A DNA stretch of 20,000 bases from an uncultured virus (IMG/VR IMGVR_UViG_3300020205_001316) (IMGVR_UViG_3300020205_001316); one strand, 5' to 3'. Shown: positions 1 through 10,114, counted from the first letter of the stretch. Numbers and translations are program-made. The notes: generated by a model not told the origin, from the letters alone.

Positions 1-2832
1 AATATTAGGTCCACCAAATTCCATTATAGAAAGATTTGATGATGGTATACCATAACAAGTTAATAAAGCTTTAATACCCCTATGTGAACCTTTATGTTTT
101 AATAAATAAGGTAAGTTATTAGCAATTCTTCTCCAAACTTGATGTGTAGCTTTTTCCGGTGTGATTAATTCTATATTCTCACCTAAATGCTCATCTGATG
201 TAAATGAACCAGTAACACCACTATTATTATAACCAAAGGTATAATCCCAAAGTTGTTTATTTGAATTTAAATTTTTAGGATTCCAACCAAATGATTGTAA
301 ATATTGATATAAGAATTTATCTTCAATGCCATCTGTATTAGTTTCAGCTATTTTCTTTTGGTCACTCATTCCTTTAATATACGACCAAATAATATCAAAA
401 TAATTACCAATCATGTCTAAAAATAAAAGATAATCTATATTTCCATTATCTTCTACAATATGAAGTGGTATGTTATTTTTTAATGCATTATTATTATTTT
501 TATCAAATTCCGCTGCTGTATTTAAATAACTGGTATATAATGTTGCAGTATTAGAATCATATTCTTCCGGTTGTCCATATGAATTAAAAGAAGTAATAAA
601 TGAACCAGTAAATATACTTTGTGTTAAATAAGTTTCCCAACTATCTAATCCAGTTAATAAATTTGTTTTTTTAGTTTCTATATTAACCGAATCTAATTGA
701 GCGGTAATTGATGTTGAATCACTTAATATATCAATGTTTGTTTGATACAATTCTGCTAATTCTTTTTTGTATCTAAAGTTTGCTAATCTTTCAACCGCAC
801 TACTATATTTTACAAAATTAGAAAAATTACTATAATCAATATTAATACCATTTACATCAATAAAATTTTCTACTAAATATTTATCTACTATTTGTTGTGA
901 TGTCTGTGAACCACTTAAAATCAAATTATCATATGATTCAAATCCAGTAGATTGTCCGCCTACAAAATCAATATCAATATTAAAATTAGCGGCCCTTAAT
1001 GGAATACAAATATCATCGGCTACACCACTTAATACTACTGATTGTAAAATAGGTAATGCACTTAATTCGGAAATCCAAAGTGTGTCATTTTTATTTATAT
1101 TAGTAGGTAATGGTTCGTATAATTTTATTACAACACTTTTATTTATTTGACCGTCTGGAATTTGGTTACCTAATTCATCTGTTTTAAATTTAGTAAACGT
1201 AGTATTATCAACATCCCAATTTGAAATTACAATTTGTTTATCATCTTTATCAAATGATGCTAAATGATTTAAATATTTTGGTTTGCTTAAATTAAGTTTT
1301 AATTGAGATGAAATTGCATTAAACAATTCATCTTTTAAATTTTGAGTAGAAACATAAAATCCAGGATCATCAAATGAAATACTTATTCTTTCTATTTCAC
1401 CTTTAATGGAGCCGTTGTAAGGTACTAATAATAAATCAAGTATACCATTTTTTACAAATGTCTTTAAATTATTATATGTACTATTGTAACTTGTTTTTGC
1501 TGCACCATTTGCTAATAGATAATTATCATCTTCTTTGGTATGATATACTAATATTTTTGTTGCTAAATTAGATTCATATTCAATTTTAAATGCAACATCT
1601 CCAAAACTATAAATTGGTATTATTACTACTGTAGGATAATCTATTTTATCTATAATAGGAACATCAAATGTTTTTGATATTGTTACAATAGTTGGTTGTG
1701 TAATACCATCACCAAACACATTTGAATATGGTGTTAATAATATTTTAAATTGACCCTCATTATTTAAAAAATGAGTTTTTAAATCTAATGTAATTTTTTT
1801 AGTATCAACTGCTTTAGTAGAAATATCATATACAAATTCTTTATATGGGGTGGTAATTCTAACGGAATCTGAATTTTCTAATGTAAATTCAATATTAATA
1901 TCAGCTGATGCTGTTTTTGAATCAAATATTGATTCTAATATTTTTGCATTAAAATTTTTATATGAATCGGAAATTGTTAATTTAGGATATAGGATATCAT
2001 TAGGTTCTACTTCTATTAAAACTATAATGTTATTATTAAAAATATTTGCTGGTATTATAACTTCTATACCATTAGTTCCTATAATATTAAAATCATTTAT
2101 ATCAAATGTACTATTACTATTAAATTTACTAGCATATTGCCATCTAATATTTTTAGGTTTAAATTTAGCTAAACCAGATACTAATATTTTAACATCATCA
2201 ATTGTATATCCTATAATGTCAATATCATTTTTAACACCCAAATTAGTTAAATCATATTGAACACCATTTGATGTTACTCGTATTTTTAATTCATTTATTA
2301 AATCTGCATTTAAAAAATTACTTACAAATGATATGTTTTGAATTTTAGTAACAACCGGATCACGTTTAGGTTTAGCTGCTTCTATATCAAATCCCAACTC
2401 AATTGTCAATGGTAGTATGCAATCTTTTGTTGATTGTATATCACCATTTTCATTATATGCGTTTAAAGTTATACCATTTATTGTTTTTTTAAATTCAAAA
2501 TAATTTTTTGAAATATACCCATCATTAATAGTGGGTTTAATTAATAAACTATCATTTATTGTATTTGAATCAATTGAAACTGAATTTGTTTCTTGATATG
2601 TTTGACCTTGTACATCGAAGGTCATTTGATTTTTAAAATTGGTAGAATTTTTAAAAGTAATTCGTATATCATTACCTCTTACCTTTGGTGAATACACTGG
2701 TGGTGTTGAACCACCAATAGTGCCACTATTACCATATACTCCGGTATTTTCATTTAAAATATCTAATGAAGTAAACGGAATGTAGTTACCACCCATCATA
2801 TTTTTTGAATACAAATTTTCTAAATATCCCAT
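1..2832 (-). CDS. Large virion baseplate/tail protein (possible T4 gp7-like wedge region); runs off the window edge, 3'-truncated
   Basis: Not in the ORF track. Hand translation from ATG at 2832 (MGYLENLYSKNMMGGNYIPF...) stays open for 944 codons to position 1 (...VWRRIANNLPYLLKHKGSHRGIKALLTCYGIPSSNLSIMEFGGPNI). The L-x-x-x-KG-[ST]-x-x-[GS]-I-x-x-LL motif resembles baseplate wedge gp7/P2 gpI-like proteins. Alternative Met starts at 2799/2796. Confidence 0.8.
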   Translation of the reverse strand, partial: MGYLENLYSKNMMGGNYIPFTSLDILNENTGVYGNSGTIGGSTPPVYSPKVRGNDIRITFKNSTNFKNQMTFDVQGQTYQETNSVSIDSNTINDSLLIKPTINDGYISKNYFEFKKTINGITLNAYNENGDIQSTKDCILPLTIELGFDIEAAKPKRDPVVTKIQNISFVSNFLNADLINELKIRVTSNGVQYDLTNLGVKNDIDIIGYTIDDVKILVSGLAKFKPKNIRWQYASKFNSNSTFDINDFNIIGTNGIEVIIPANIFNNNIIVLIEVEPNDILYPKLTISDSYKNFNAKILESIFDSKTASADINIEFTLENSDSVRITTPYKEFVYDISTKAVDTKKITLDLKTHFLNNEGQFKILLTPYSNVFGDGITQPTIVTISKTFDVPIIDKIDYPTVVIIPIYSFGDVAFKIEYESNLATKILVYHTKEDDNYLLANGAAKTSYNSTYNNLKTFVKNGILDLLLVPYNGSIKGEIERISISFDDPGFYVSTQNLKDELFNAISSQLKLNLSKPKYLNHLASFDKDDKQIVISNWDVDNTTFTKFKTDELGNQIPDGQINKSVVIKLYEPLPTNINKNDTLWISELSALPILQSVVLSGVADDICIPLRAANFNIDIDFVGGQSTGFESYDNLILSGSQTSQQIVDKYLVENFIDVNGINIDYSNFSNFVKYSSAVERLANFRYKKELAELYQTNIDILSDSTSITAQLDSVNIETKKTNLLTGLDSWETYLTQSIFTGSFITSFNSYGQPEEYDSNTATLYTSYLNTAAEFDKNNNNALKNNIPLHIVEDNGNIDYLLFLDMIGNYFDIIWSYIKGMSDQKKIAETNTDGIEDKFLYQYLQSFGWNPKNLNSNKQLWDYTFGYNNSGVTGSFTSDEHLGENIELITPEKATHQVWRRIANNLPYLLKHKGSHRGIKALLTCYGIPSSNLSIMEFGGPNI

Positions 2833-2836
2833 TGAG

Positions 2837-2845
2837 TATAAATAT
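2837..2845 (-). promoter_or_regulatory. Candidate phage late-promoter motif ATATTTATA
   Basis: Located in the 26-bp gap, 4 nt upstream of the ATG at 2832. The same motif recurs in the other intergenic gaps. Confidence 0.55.
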
Positions 2846-2858
2846 CCTTATTTAATTT

Positions 2859-4082
2859 TTATTTTTGATAATCTTGATAAAGTGAGTTATCTACTTGACC
2901 ATAATTAAATTCACCAGGCATTGTTTGATTTCTTCCTCCACCTCTTCCACCTCCTCCACCATAGATAGGTGTAGGTTCAATAACTTTAATTGGTTGTGGT
3001 GGAACCGGAGGTACTATAACAGATGCAGTAACAGGTGGTGTAGTATTTATTACAACACTTGATTGTTTAACAACTCCTAATTTATTATTTTGTGTTAAAT
3101 TACTTTTTGATATGTAATTTGTATTAATTAATGATTGTAATAACTGAGAATCTACTTTGGTTTGTGTGTAATCTTTTGTTATTTGTGGGATATCATAGAA
3201 TGCTAAAGATTTTGAATTATAATCAATGGATTCATGTAATCTATTATGTAACATATTTAATATTTCATCTGCAGAATAAAACTCATCCATATCAAATGAA
3301 TTATTTGATATTTTACCATAATTAGATGATTGTATATTAAATTCTTTTCCTTCTAATTGGTAATTAACTGACTTTTTAAAATCGATAAATATTTTTTGTT
3401 TAAATTTAGTATATGTAAGTTCATTACCAAATTTAAATTCTTTAATAATTGAATCTAACCAAATTTTACCATGTTTAGTCACAAAATATGCATCAATTAA
3501 ATCACTAATTTGGGTTTCAATCGAATCAATTGCATTTTTAATTACATCTACTAATTCTCTTAGTTCACTTGTTTTAGTTAGAAACGTATTATATCTATGT
3601 TGAATTTTGTTATTATTTTCAGCATCTATACTTAATAATGGCATTACTCTAATTTCGCTTCTACTTGGTGAAATTTCATGTATCCAAACTCTTTGTTTTT
3701 TATCTTCGTTTCCTACATAGTTTTTTAAAAAATTAAAAGAAACTTTAAACTGACCATTTCCATATCCAGATTCTCTAATTAATTTTTCAACATCAATATC
3801 AAATATTTTTTCTTGTGTTATTGTATCGATATCACTTTTAAGATATTTTGATAAATTATCTTTATGAATATATCTTACTTTTATACCACCGGTTTGTTCC
3901 AATAAATTATTAGAAATATCATATACTCTAAATTCAATAACATCATTTTTTGACATTCCAAAATCAGTAATGTTTTTTGCACCTGTTTTGAATATCTTTA
4001 AATCTTTGGATTCTACTAATTGCGCAGTACCATCTAAATTAAGATTTATATTTTCAATATTTTTAAAATCGTTTATTGCCAT
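2859..4082 (-). CDS. Hypothetical phage virion-associated protein with Pro/Gly-rich C-terminus
   Basis: 407-aa ORF inside the baseplate cluster. It contains WIHEISPSRSEIRV and a low-complexity tail PPVPPQP...GGGGGRGGGR. Confidence 0.6.
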   Translation of the reverse strand: MAINDFKNIENINLNLDGTAQLVESKDLKIFKTGAKNITDFGMSKNDVIEFRVYDISNNLLEQTGGIKVRYIHKDNLSKYLKSDIDTITQEKIFDIDVEKLIRESGYGNGQFKVSFNFLKNYVGNEDKKQRVWIHEISPSRSEIRVMPLLSIDAENNNKIQHRYNTFLTKTSELRELVDVIKNAIDSIETQISDLIDAYFVTKHGKIWLDSIIKEFKFGNELTYTKFKQKIFIDFKKSVNYQLEGKEFNIQSSNYGKISNNSFDMDEFYSADEILNMLHNRLHESIDYNSKSLAFYDIPQITKDYTQTKVDSQLLQSLINTNYISKSNLTQNNKLGVVKQSSVVINTTPPVTASVIVPPVPPQPIKVIEPTPIYGGGGGRGGGRNQTMPGEFNYGQVDNSLYQDYQK

Positions 4083-4088
4083 AATTTA

Positions 4089-5324
4089 TTAGTTATATGA
4101 ATGAACTTTACCTTGGAATGTTTTACTTTCTACTTTACCACCTTTATCTATATCTGTTACTGTAATTGTAATTGTTTCTTCGTAATCAGTATATTTTTTT
4201 TGTGTTGCACCAAATATAGCCGCACCTATTGCAACTGCCGCTAATGCTGCCCAACCAACCGGACCTAATGCACCCAATATTGCTGCACCCGTACCAAGTG
4301 CAGCAGTAGTACCCGCCACCACTAATGCGGCACCGGCAGCTGCAGATGCCACTGCACCTGCAGCTATATAAGCCCCCGTAGCTACTGCAATTGCACTCGC
4401 TGCATATGCTGCATTTTTTAATCCCTTATTTTTAGGTGAAGGAACTGCATATATATTCGGTTTATCAAATTTAAATCTATCTTGTGAATTTGCTTTTAAT
4501 GTAAATGTTGATGGAACTAAAAAGAATGTTTGTTTAATATCTACTTTAATATCTTTAGGTCCAGCGATTACATCAACATATCCACTGCTCCATGCCTTAG
4601 CGTATCCCGCCGGTCCTTTTACTTTTTGACCACCATCTGATAAATCCATATCGTAAGCCAATCCTTTAGCTTCTGTGTTTTTAGCGGGGTCACCTTTTTC
4701 CCAAAGTATAGTAGCTAACTCACCAGTTGAAACACCCCCTGCTGCTATTGCCTGTGCTTTTGCACTTAATTGTTGTTGTGCTACTTGTAAACTTGCATTT
4801 GCCTGAGCTAATAAATTGTTTAATGTATCTATTTGTTTAATTAATGCATTCTTTTGTGCCGTTAAACCACTATTCTCAGCTTCCAATGTTGTTCTTTCGG
4901 TTGCTTCATTAATTGCTTTAGTTAATGATGTTGTTAAACTAGTTCTTAATTCTAACGTTGTTTGTTGTATAGATACTATTGTATTTTCTAATTTAGCATT
5001 TGTAACTTTTAAATTATCATTATCAATATATAAAGAACTACTATCCGATTTTAATGATTCAACTTGAGATAATAGGCCATCAACTTGTATCTGTAATGTA
5101 TTTATTTCTCTTTCTAATTCTAAACTATGCGATACTTCTGCATCATAAACCGGTTTTGGTATTAAATCTAAATTAGTTTCCGGCAATGCTTTAATTAACT
5201 CTATAACTTTAGTATCTACCGATTTTATTAACTCGGCTGTATTATATTGGTCAACATATAATTTTGTATTTATATTGTTGTCAACATTATCCGATATGTT
5301 AATATATGTTTTATCTATTGCCAT
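4089..5324 (-). CDS. Coiled-coil phage protein with a 70-aa uncharged Ala/Gly-rich segment (possible membrane-inserting virion protein)
   Basis: Heptad-rich N-terminal half (LELEREINTLQIQVDGLLSQVESLK...LQVAQQQL). Hydrophobic stretch AAYAASA...GPVGWAALAAVAIGAAIFGAT at 4203-4412. TAATG overlap with the upstream gene. Confidence 0.65.
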   Translation of the reverse strand: MAIDKTYINISDNVDNNINTKLYVDQYNTAELIKSVDTKVIELIKALPETNLDLIPKPVYDAEVSHSLELEREINTLQIQVDGLLSQVESLKSDSSSLYIDNDNLKVTNAKLENTIVSIQQTTLELRTSLTTSLTKAINEATERTTLEAENSGLTAQKNALIKQIDTLNNLLAQANASLQVAQQQLSAKAQAIAAGGVSTGELATILWEKGDPAKNTEAKGLAYDMDLSDGGQKVKGPAGYAKAWSSGYVDVIAGPKDIKVDIKQTFFLVPSTFTLKANSQDRFKFDKPNIYAVPSPKNKGLKNAAYAASAIAVATGAYIAAGAVASAAAGAALVVAGTTAALGTGAAILGALGPVGWAALAAVAIGAAIFGATQKKYTDYEETITITVTDIDKGGKVESKTFQGKVHSYN

Positions 5325-7159
5325 TATTTGTAAATATCAAATGTACCGATTTCAAAAATTTCTTCATTATCGTCATCGATTGATTTTACTAATAATGTGT
5401 AGTTTCTACCAACTGACCAATTTGAAAAATTTAATTTTATTAAGTTATTAAATTCACCTTGTATAACTCTACTTGCATCTGAATATCCTATTATTGTTTC
5501 TTTTGTTAAAGTATCAATTATACTATAATATGCAGTTGATGGTAAGTAGTATTTTACTTGATATGCAAACGTAGTGTTAAATTGTTTAACTGGATATAAT
5601 TCTCTTGCATCAATTTTAAGTGTTACTTTTTGTCCTTGACGATATGATGTTTTTAAATTTGGTGAATAACATCTATACGAAACATCATAACTACTACTAT
5701 TAATAAAATCAGTAATTGTTGTTAAATCTCCACCCACCACATCATCTTCTAAATAAGTAATAACTAATTTAGGTTGATATATTGTATTAGTTTCTTTTGA
5801 GAACATTTTAATACTGCCATAATCAACTGAACCGGTTTCTTTATCAGTTGGAAATTTAAGTATAATACCATTATTTGCTATACTACCACTATTCCATTTT
5901 TTAACAAATGAAGTAACATCTAAATTAATATCTTCTATGGTGTATTGGAACGATTGTGATGCTACCGAAGATGTAAACCATGTACCACCAAGCCCAGTAT
6001 CAGAACCGGTTGTGAAGGCGTTAAAACTAGCTCCTTGTCCGTCTACATATGTATTGTTCCAAATAGTAGATGTATCATCTCCGTTTTTATAGTACCAAGT
6101 TGCACCATTTGTAGTAATTTTATCAAAACGAGTACCAGTACCATTTTCCCAACTTTGAGAAATTGGATATGCTTCAATATTAAAACTAGCAGCAATTTCA
6201 TCTGCCTTAGTTATTTTTAATTGTAATGATGCACTAAACGGGAAATCATATCCACCATTTTGAATTGTACTTAAAATTGATTGTGATGTTGCATTATATG
6301 ATGCACTAATGGTACTAGAACTTATATCTGCTAGTTGCCAAATTAAATACTTTATATTTTTACTTTCATTTAATGTAAAAATTGATGCGGATAATATTGA
6401 AGCCGATGCTTGTAATTGAGGTATTTGTTTTCCCGCAAATATAGATGCCGATGTAGGTATATTATTTACTGCTATGTTAAATAAAACATTTAATTCATCA
6501 ATTTCATTTCTTAATGAAGATGATTGTAACAATAATGATGCCGATTGTTCTAATTGTGTAACATATGATTGTGAAATTGCATTAAAAGATGCACTTAAAG
6601 TATTGTCGGTTATTGAACTTGTTAATGCTGAATTATTTAATGTAAAATACGAAGATGACATTAAACTATATGATTCTGATATACCTGTTATTGTTGAATT
6701 TATAATTGCAATTGATGCACTATTGGGAATTATTTGATTATATATGGATTGAGAAGCTTCTAAATAATCTGCAGAAATGGAAGTTGCGGTAATTGTTGTA
6801 TAAGTAAATAAGGATGCCGATACTACACTAGCACTTGCATTTGTAATAAATAATGATTGTGATGTTGTACTATATGATGCAGATAAATAATTAGAAGCAG
6901 AAACACTAGATGACCAAGAACTAGAAATTAAATTATTACTATATATCGAAGATGATATCGTTTGTAATTTTGTATTTTGTAATTCAAATATACTTTTAGA
7001 TATTTCCGTAGTATCAAACTGAATTAATACTCTACTAATATCCGGGGTTGAACCATAATCTACTCTTGAAATTTCTAGTATTTCATCTATACCAGTGTTT
7101 TGGTAAGGTTGTTGTAAGTATATAGTTGCATCTTGTGATGCTGTATAAAATAATATCAT
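5324..7159 (-). CDS. Phage structural protein, DNRLRE-like beta domain interrupted by a Ser-rich repeat insertion
   Basis: N-terminal ASQDATIY...NTGIDEILEI...SRVLIQFD and C-terminal AYPISQSWENGTG, DINLDVT..VKKW..G.IANNGIILK and FSKET..IYQPKLVI resemble DNRLRE-type domains. Residues ~58-300 are SxS-rich. Confidence 0.6.
   Translation of the reverse strand: MILFYTASQDATIYLQQPYQNTGIDEILEISRVDYGSTPDISRVLIQFDTTEISKSIFELQNTKLQTISSSIYSNNLISSSWSSSVSASNYLSASYSTTSQSLFITNASASVVSASLFTYTTITATSISADYLEASQSIYNQIIPNSASIAIINSTITGISESYSLMSSSYFTLNNSALTSSITDNTLSASFNAISQSYVTQLEQSASLLLQSSSLRNEIDELNVLFNIAVNNIPTSASIFAGKQIPQLQASASILSASIFTLNESKNIKYLIWQLADISSSTISASYNATSQSILSTIQNGGYDFPFSASLQLKITKADEIAASFNIEAYPISQSWENGTGTRFDKITTNGATWYYKNGDDTSTIWNNTYVDGQGASFNAFTTGSDTGLGGTWFTSSVASQSFQYTIEDINLDVTSFVKKWNSGSIANNGIILKFPTDKETGSVDYGSIKMFSKETNTIYQPKLVITYLEDDVVGGDLTTITDFINSSSYDVSYRCYSPNLKTSYRQGQKVTLKIDARELYPVKQFNTTFAYQVKYYLPSTAYYSIIDTLTKETIIGYSDASRVIQGEFNNLIKLNFSNWSVGRNYTLLVKSIDDDNEEIFEIGTFDIYK
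6278..6881 (-). repeat. Three degenerate 28-bp copies spaced exactly 288 bp apart (96-aa protein repeat)
   Basis: 6854-6881 tgattgtgatgttgtactatatgatgca; 6566-6593 tgattgtgaaattgcattaaaagatgca; 6278-6305 tgattgtgatgttgcattatatgatgca. These encode the core of SAS[YF][SN][TA][TI]SQS. Confidence 0.8.
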
Positions 7160-9192
7160 TATAATGCTCTCCCTTTGATATCGGTATTAGGAAACTTCAA
7201 TTCAAAAATAGAAGGGTCTAATGATGGATATACAATTTTATTCTTAGTTGCTGCTTTAATATCATATATGTATTTAGAATAACTTTCCATAGAACCATCC
7301 CCACATATATTTGTTATTTCAACACTTGGTACCGATGATACACCCTCTACATTTGCAATATCCAATTCTAATTCACTAATATTAATTGGTTGATTTATTT
7401 TTCTATTATATACGTTGAAATAATTAGTAATAGCTTGTACACAATTTAATATAACTTCTCTCTTATTATAATTTGAGTAAGTTGTTATTTCAAAATTTAC
7501 ACCTACATTTATAACAAATCCATCTAATATATTAATTGCATCTGTAATTAATCTATACTCATTTAAATATGTTTTTAAGTTATTTTTAGTTGAATTATTT
7601 AATGTTATAAGATTTCCATTAACATCATATCCTAATGTGTACATATTGATAGCAAATGGGTTATTATCTGCATTAAATGTATGTTTTGATTTTAAGAAAG
7701 AATCAATTGCTGATTGTATTTCTTTATCATTTTTACCCACCAATGATTTTGTCATATTAAAAAACTCTGCTCTACTTTGAGGGTCTCTCAATACGTTTTG
7801 GGTAGGTGTTATATCTGCGGCTGAATCTTGTTCTACATATACCTTTGCAACACCACCAAATGATGCATCCATTGATAATGCTCTAATTTCATAATCCTGT
7901 TTTGTAACTGCTCTATTTTGCGATGAAAAATTAGCAATTGCATTTTCTCTGATTTCATCTAATGTTTCAACACCTCTACCACCAGTAGCAGGTATTAAGT
8001 TATCTACTGCAATTGAGTTTTTGGCTGATTGATATGTTGGTAACGTAATTGTACTAAACGATAATAATTCCTCCTCAAATGTAATTTTATTAATAGTTCT
8101 TAAATCATTTGATGGAATATTAGATGAAATACCACCCCCAGCTAAATATTTAATAGTAAGTTCACCGGTAGGTGCAATACCATATGTAGATGTTTTTAAG
8201 AAATTGGAAGGGTCAAACGATTGTTCTAATCTACTAATTGAATTGTTTAATCCCAATCCAACATTTTTAGTGTTTGGTACAATCATTTCATCCGCCGTAG
8301 TTTCACTTGCTGCACCAAATCGTAATTGAATATTATCAACATCAGTTACCCTAGTTGTAAATCGTTTGTTGGTTTTAATTAATTTCAAATTATATGGTGT
8401 ATCAACACTACCCGATGCCAATGTTTGGTCATATAATGAAGCATTTGCTTCTTTTACATAAATCATTTCTTGTGCCAAATATGGAACTTCATAGTATGTA
8501 TTATTTGAATTATCTTTAACCGATACTATTTTTATAAATTCAGAATCTTTAATATTAACTATTGGATTTGGTTTAAATGAATTTCCTAAATCAATAGTTA
8601 TTGTTTTTGTTATTGCACTAATTACTTGAACTGTTTTTGATAAAAGATAGGTTTCTGGTGTACTATCCGTTTGTGTTAAAACGGAAATTGTTCTATCTTT
8701 TGCGTTTGTAAAATCAACAATATCAGTAGTAGTAAATACTATATCTTTGTTAGATTTAGAACGTATTTCCATACCTTGTGCTATTTTTACACAAAATGTA
8801 TAATCTGGTTCAGCTGAACCAGTACCGGTTGCATTTAATATAGATGGAACCACTTGATAAACTGTTAATGTAGTTGTTGCCGGTCTACTTATTTTAGGAA
8901 CATATCCAAAGTTTTGAGCGTGAGTAAGAATATTTGAATAATTACTTGCTACATTAATAAATGATTCTTTTAATTGAGCATCAGTATAATATGAAAGAAC
9001 ATCACCGACATATGCGGCTTGTTCTATAAACATCATACCAGGAGATGCATCGGTAAAATCACTATTTGTGTTAGCGAAATAAGTTTTAGTAAATTCAACT
9101 AATGCCTTTTTTAAAGATGCAAAATCTCTATTTACATATTTAATGTCTTTTTTATTTAAAGACCAGCTTTTATCTATCGGTTGTAGTGCCAT
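7159..9192 (-). CDS. Baseplate wedge subunit (T4 gp6 / baseplate J-like)
   Basis: N-terminal RDFASLKKALVEFTK...DFTDASPGMMFIEQAAYVGDVLSYYTD, plus GGRGVETLDEIRENA and QNRAVTKQDY, which are characteristic gp6/BplJ motifs. Adjacent to a gp25-like gene. Confidence 0.9.
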   Translation of the reverse strand: MALQPIDKSWSLNKKDIKYVNRDFASLKKALVEFTKTYFANTNSDFTDASPGMMFIEQAAYVGDVLSYYTDAQLKESFINVASNYSNILTHAQNFGYVPKISRPATTTLTVYQVVPSILNATGTGSAEPDYTFCVKIAQGMEIRSKSNKDIVFTTTDIVDFTNAKDRTISVLTQTDSTPETYLLSKTVQVISAITKTITIDLGNSFKPNPIVNIKDSEFIKIVSVKDNSNNTYYEVPYLAQEMIYVKEANASLYDQTLASGSVDTPYNLKLIKTNKRFTTRVTDVDNIQLRFGAASETTADEMIVPNTKNVGLGLNNSISRLEQSFDPSNFLKTSTYGIAPTGELTIKYLAGGGISSNIPSNDLRTINKITFEEELLSFSTITLPTYQSAKNSIAVDNLIPATGGRGVETLDEIRENAIANFSSQNRAVTKQDYEIRALSMDASFGGVAKVYVEQDSAADITPTQNVLRDPQSRAEFFNMTKSLVGKNDKEIQSAIDSFLKSKHTFNADNNPFAINMYTLGYDVNGNLITLNNSTKNNLKTYLNEYRLITDAINILDGFVINVGVNFEITTYSNYNKREVILNCVQAITNYFNVYNRKINQPINISELELDIANVEGVSSVPSVEITNICGDGSMESYSKYIYDIKAATKNKIVYPSLDPSIFELKFPNTDIKGRAL

Positions 9193-9193
9193 A

Positions 9194-9619
9194 TTATATT
9201 GTTACCATTAATGTATCAACAGTTGGAACTGCTGAAAAATTTATTGAATAATTTAATTGTAAACTTACCACATGTTTATCTTTATTTTCGTTTGAATTAT
9301 CAAATACTATATCTAAAATACTAACGTATGGTAAATAAGTATTTATTGCGGTTGTTATTGCCTCTTCTATTTTATTTTCAAATATACCTTGTACATATGG
9401 TTCAAATATAAATTTTCTTAGTGGAGTACCAAATTTAGGATTAGCAATTCGCTCACCAGGTTCAGTTAGTATTAAATTTTTTAAGTTTGATTTAATTTGA
9501 TTTTTTGTAGTATAGTTTACTGCAAAATAACCATTATTAGCACTACCAATTGGTAATGATAATCCAACACTTTTATCTTGTGTATCTATTACAAATGTTT
9601 TTTCTAACTGATATGCCAC
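9194..9619 (-). CDS. Baseplate gp25-like (GPW/gp25) sheath-initiator protein
   Basis: QIKSNLKNLILTEPGERIANPKFGTPLRKFIFE matches the gp25 L-x-T-x-x-GER-x-x-x-P-x-FG motif. GTG start. Confidence 0.9.
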   Translation of the reverse strand: MAYQLEKTFVIDTQDKSVGLSLPIGSANNGYFAVNYTTKNQIKSNLKNLILTEPGERIANPKFGTPLRKFIFEPYVQGIFENKIEEAITTAINTYLPYVSILDIVFDNSNENKDKHVVSLQLNYSINFSAVPTVDTLMVTI

Positions 9620-9624
9620 TTAGG

Positions 9625-10086
9625 TTACCCCTTATTGAATTTTTTTACTAATTGAGAATAATCTCTAGTCATTGCTTTCATAACTGATTGTGCCGCTTCT
9701 GGATTTCTCCTTGCTGCCATTGCCATCTTATGCTCTAATGGAATACCACCTTCCTCTTGTCCTTGTAAATAAGAACCATACTCTGATTGAGTTCCACCCA
9801 TTGGTGCTTCAGGTTGTGAGTATTCTCTAAAATTATCACCATATCCTAAATCAGCCGGTGAAATCATTGGTCTTGCTGCCTGTGGTCTTTGTCCGTATTG
9901 GATTGTACCATAGCTACCATCATCCTTTGATTTAAATTCGTAACTTTCGTTCACTTGTTTCTTAGGTGTTTCAATTTGTTCATTTAACACTTCGTGAACA
10001 GCATTTCGTATTTCTTCTTTAAGAGTTTTTTTAATATCCTCTCTTAATACTTTTACTAATGCTTTGATTAATTGTGTTTGATCCAT
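9625..10086 (-). CDS. Hypothetical phage protein
   Basis: 153-aa ORF with helical N- and C-termini, preceded by the ATACTTATA motif. No recognisable catalytic motif. Confidence 0.7.
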   Translation of the reverse strand: MDQTQLIKALVKVLREDIKKTLKEEIRNAVHEVLNEQIETPKKQVNESYEFKSKDDGSYGTIQYGQRPQAARPMISPADLGYGDNFREYSQPEAPMGGTQSEYGSYLQGQEEGGIPLEHKMAMAARRNPEAAQSVMKAMTRDYSQLVKKFNKG

Positions 10087-10105
10087 AAAAATTGTGTTTT
10101 CTTTA

Positions 10106-10114
10106 TATAAGTAT
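10106..10114 (-). promoter_or_regulatory. Candidate phage late-promoter motif ATACTTATA
   Basis: Located in the 49-bp gap, 19 nt upstream of the ATG at 10086. Confidence 0.55.

Noticed and set aside
2932..3050. cctccacct-type short repeats and a local GC rise
   Set aside because: Explained by Gly/Arg and Pro low-complexity codons at the C-terminus of the 407-aa ORF.
6278..6881. CRISPR array interpretation of the 28-bp repeats
   Set aside because: The spacers are 260 bp, the copies are degenerate and in frame within a CDS, and there are no cas genes. This is a protein repeat.
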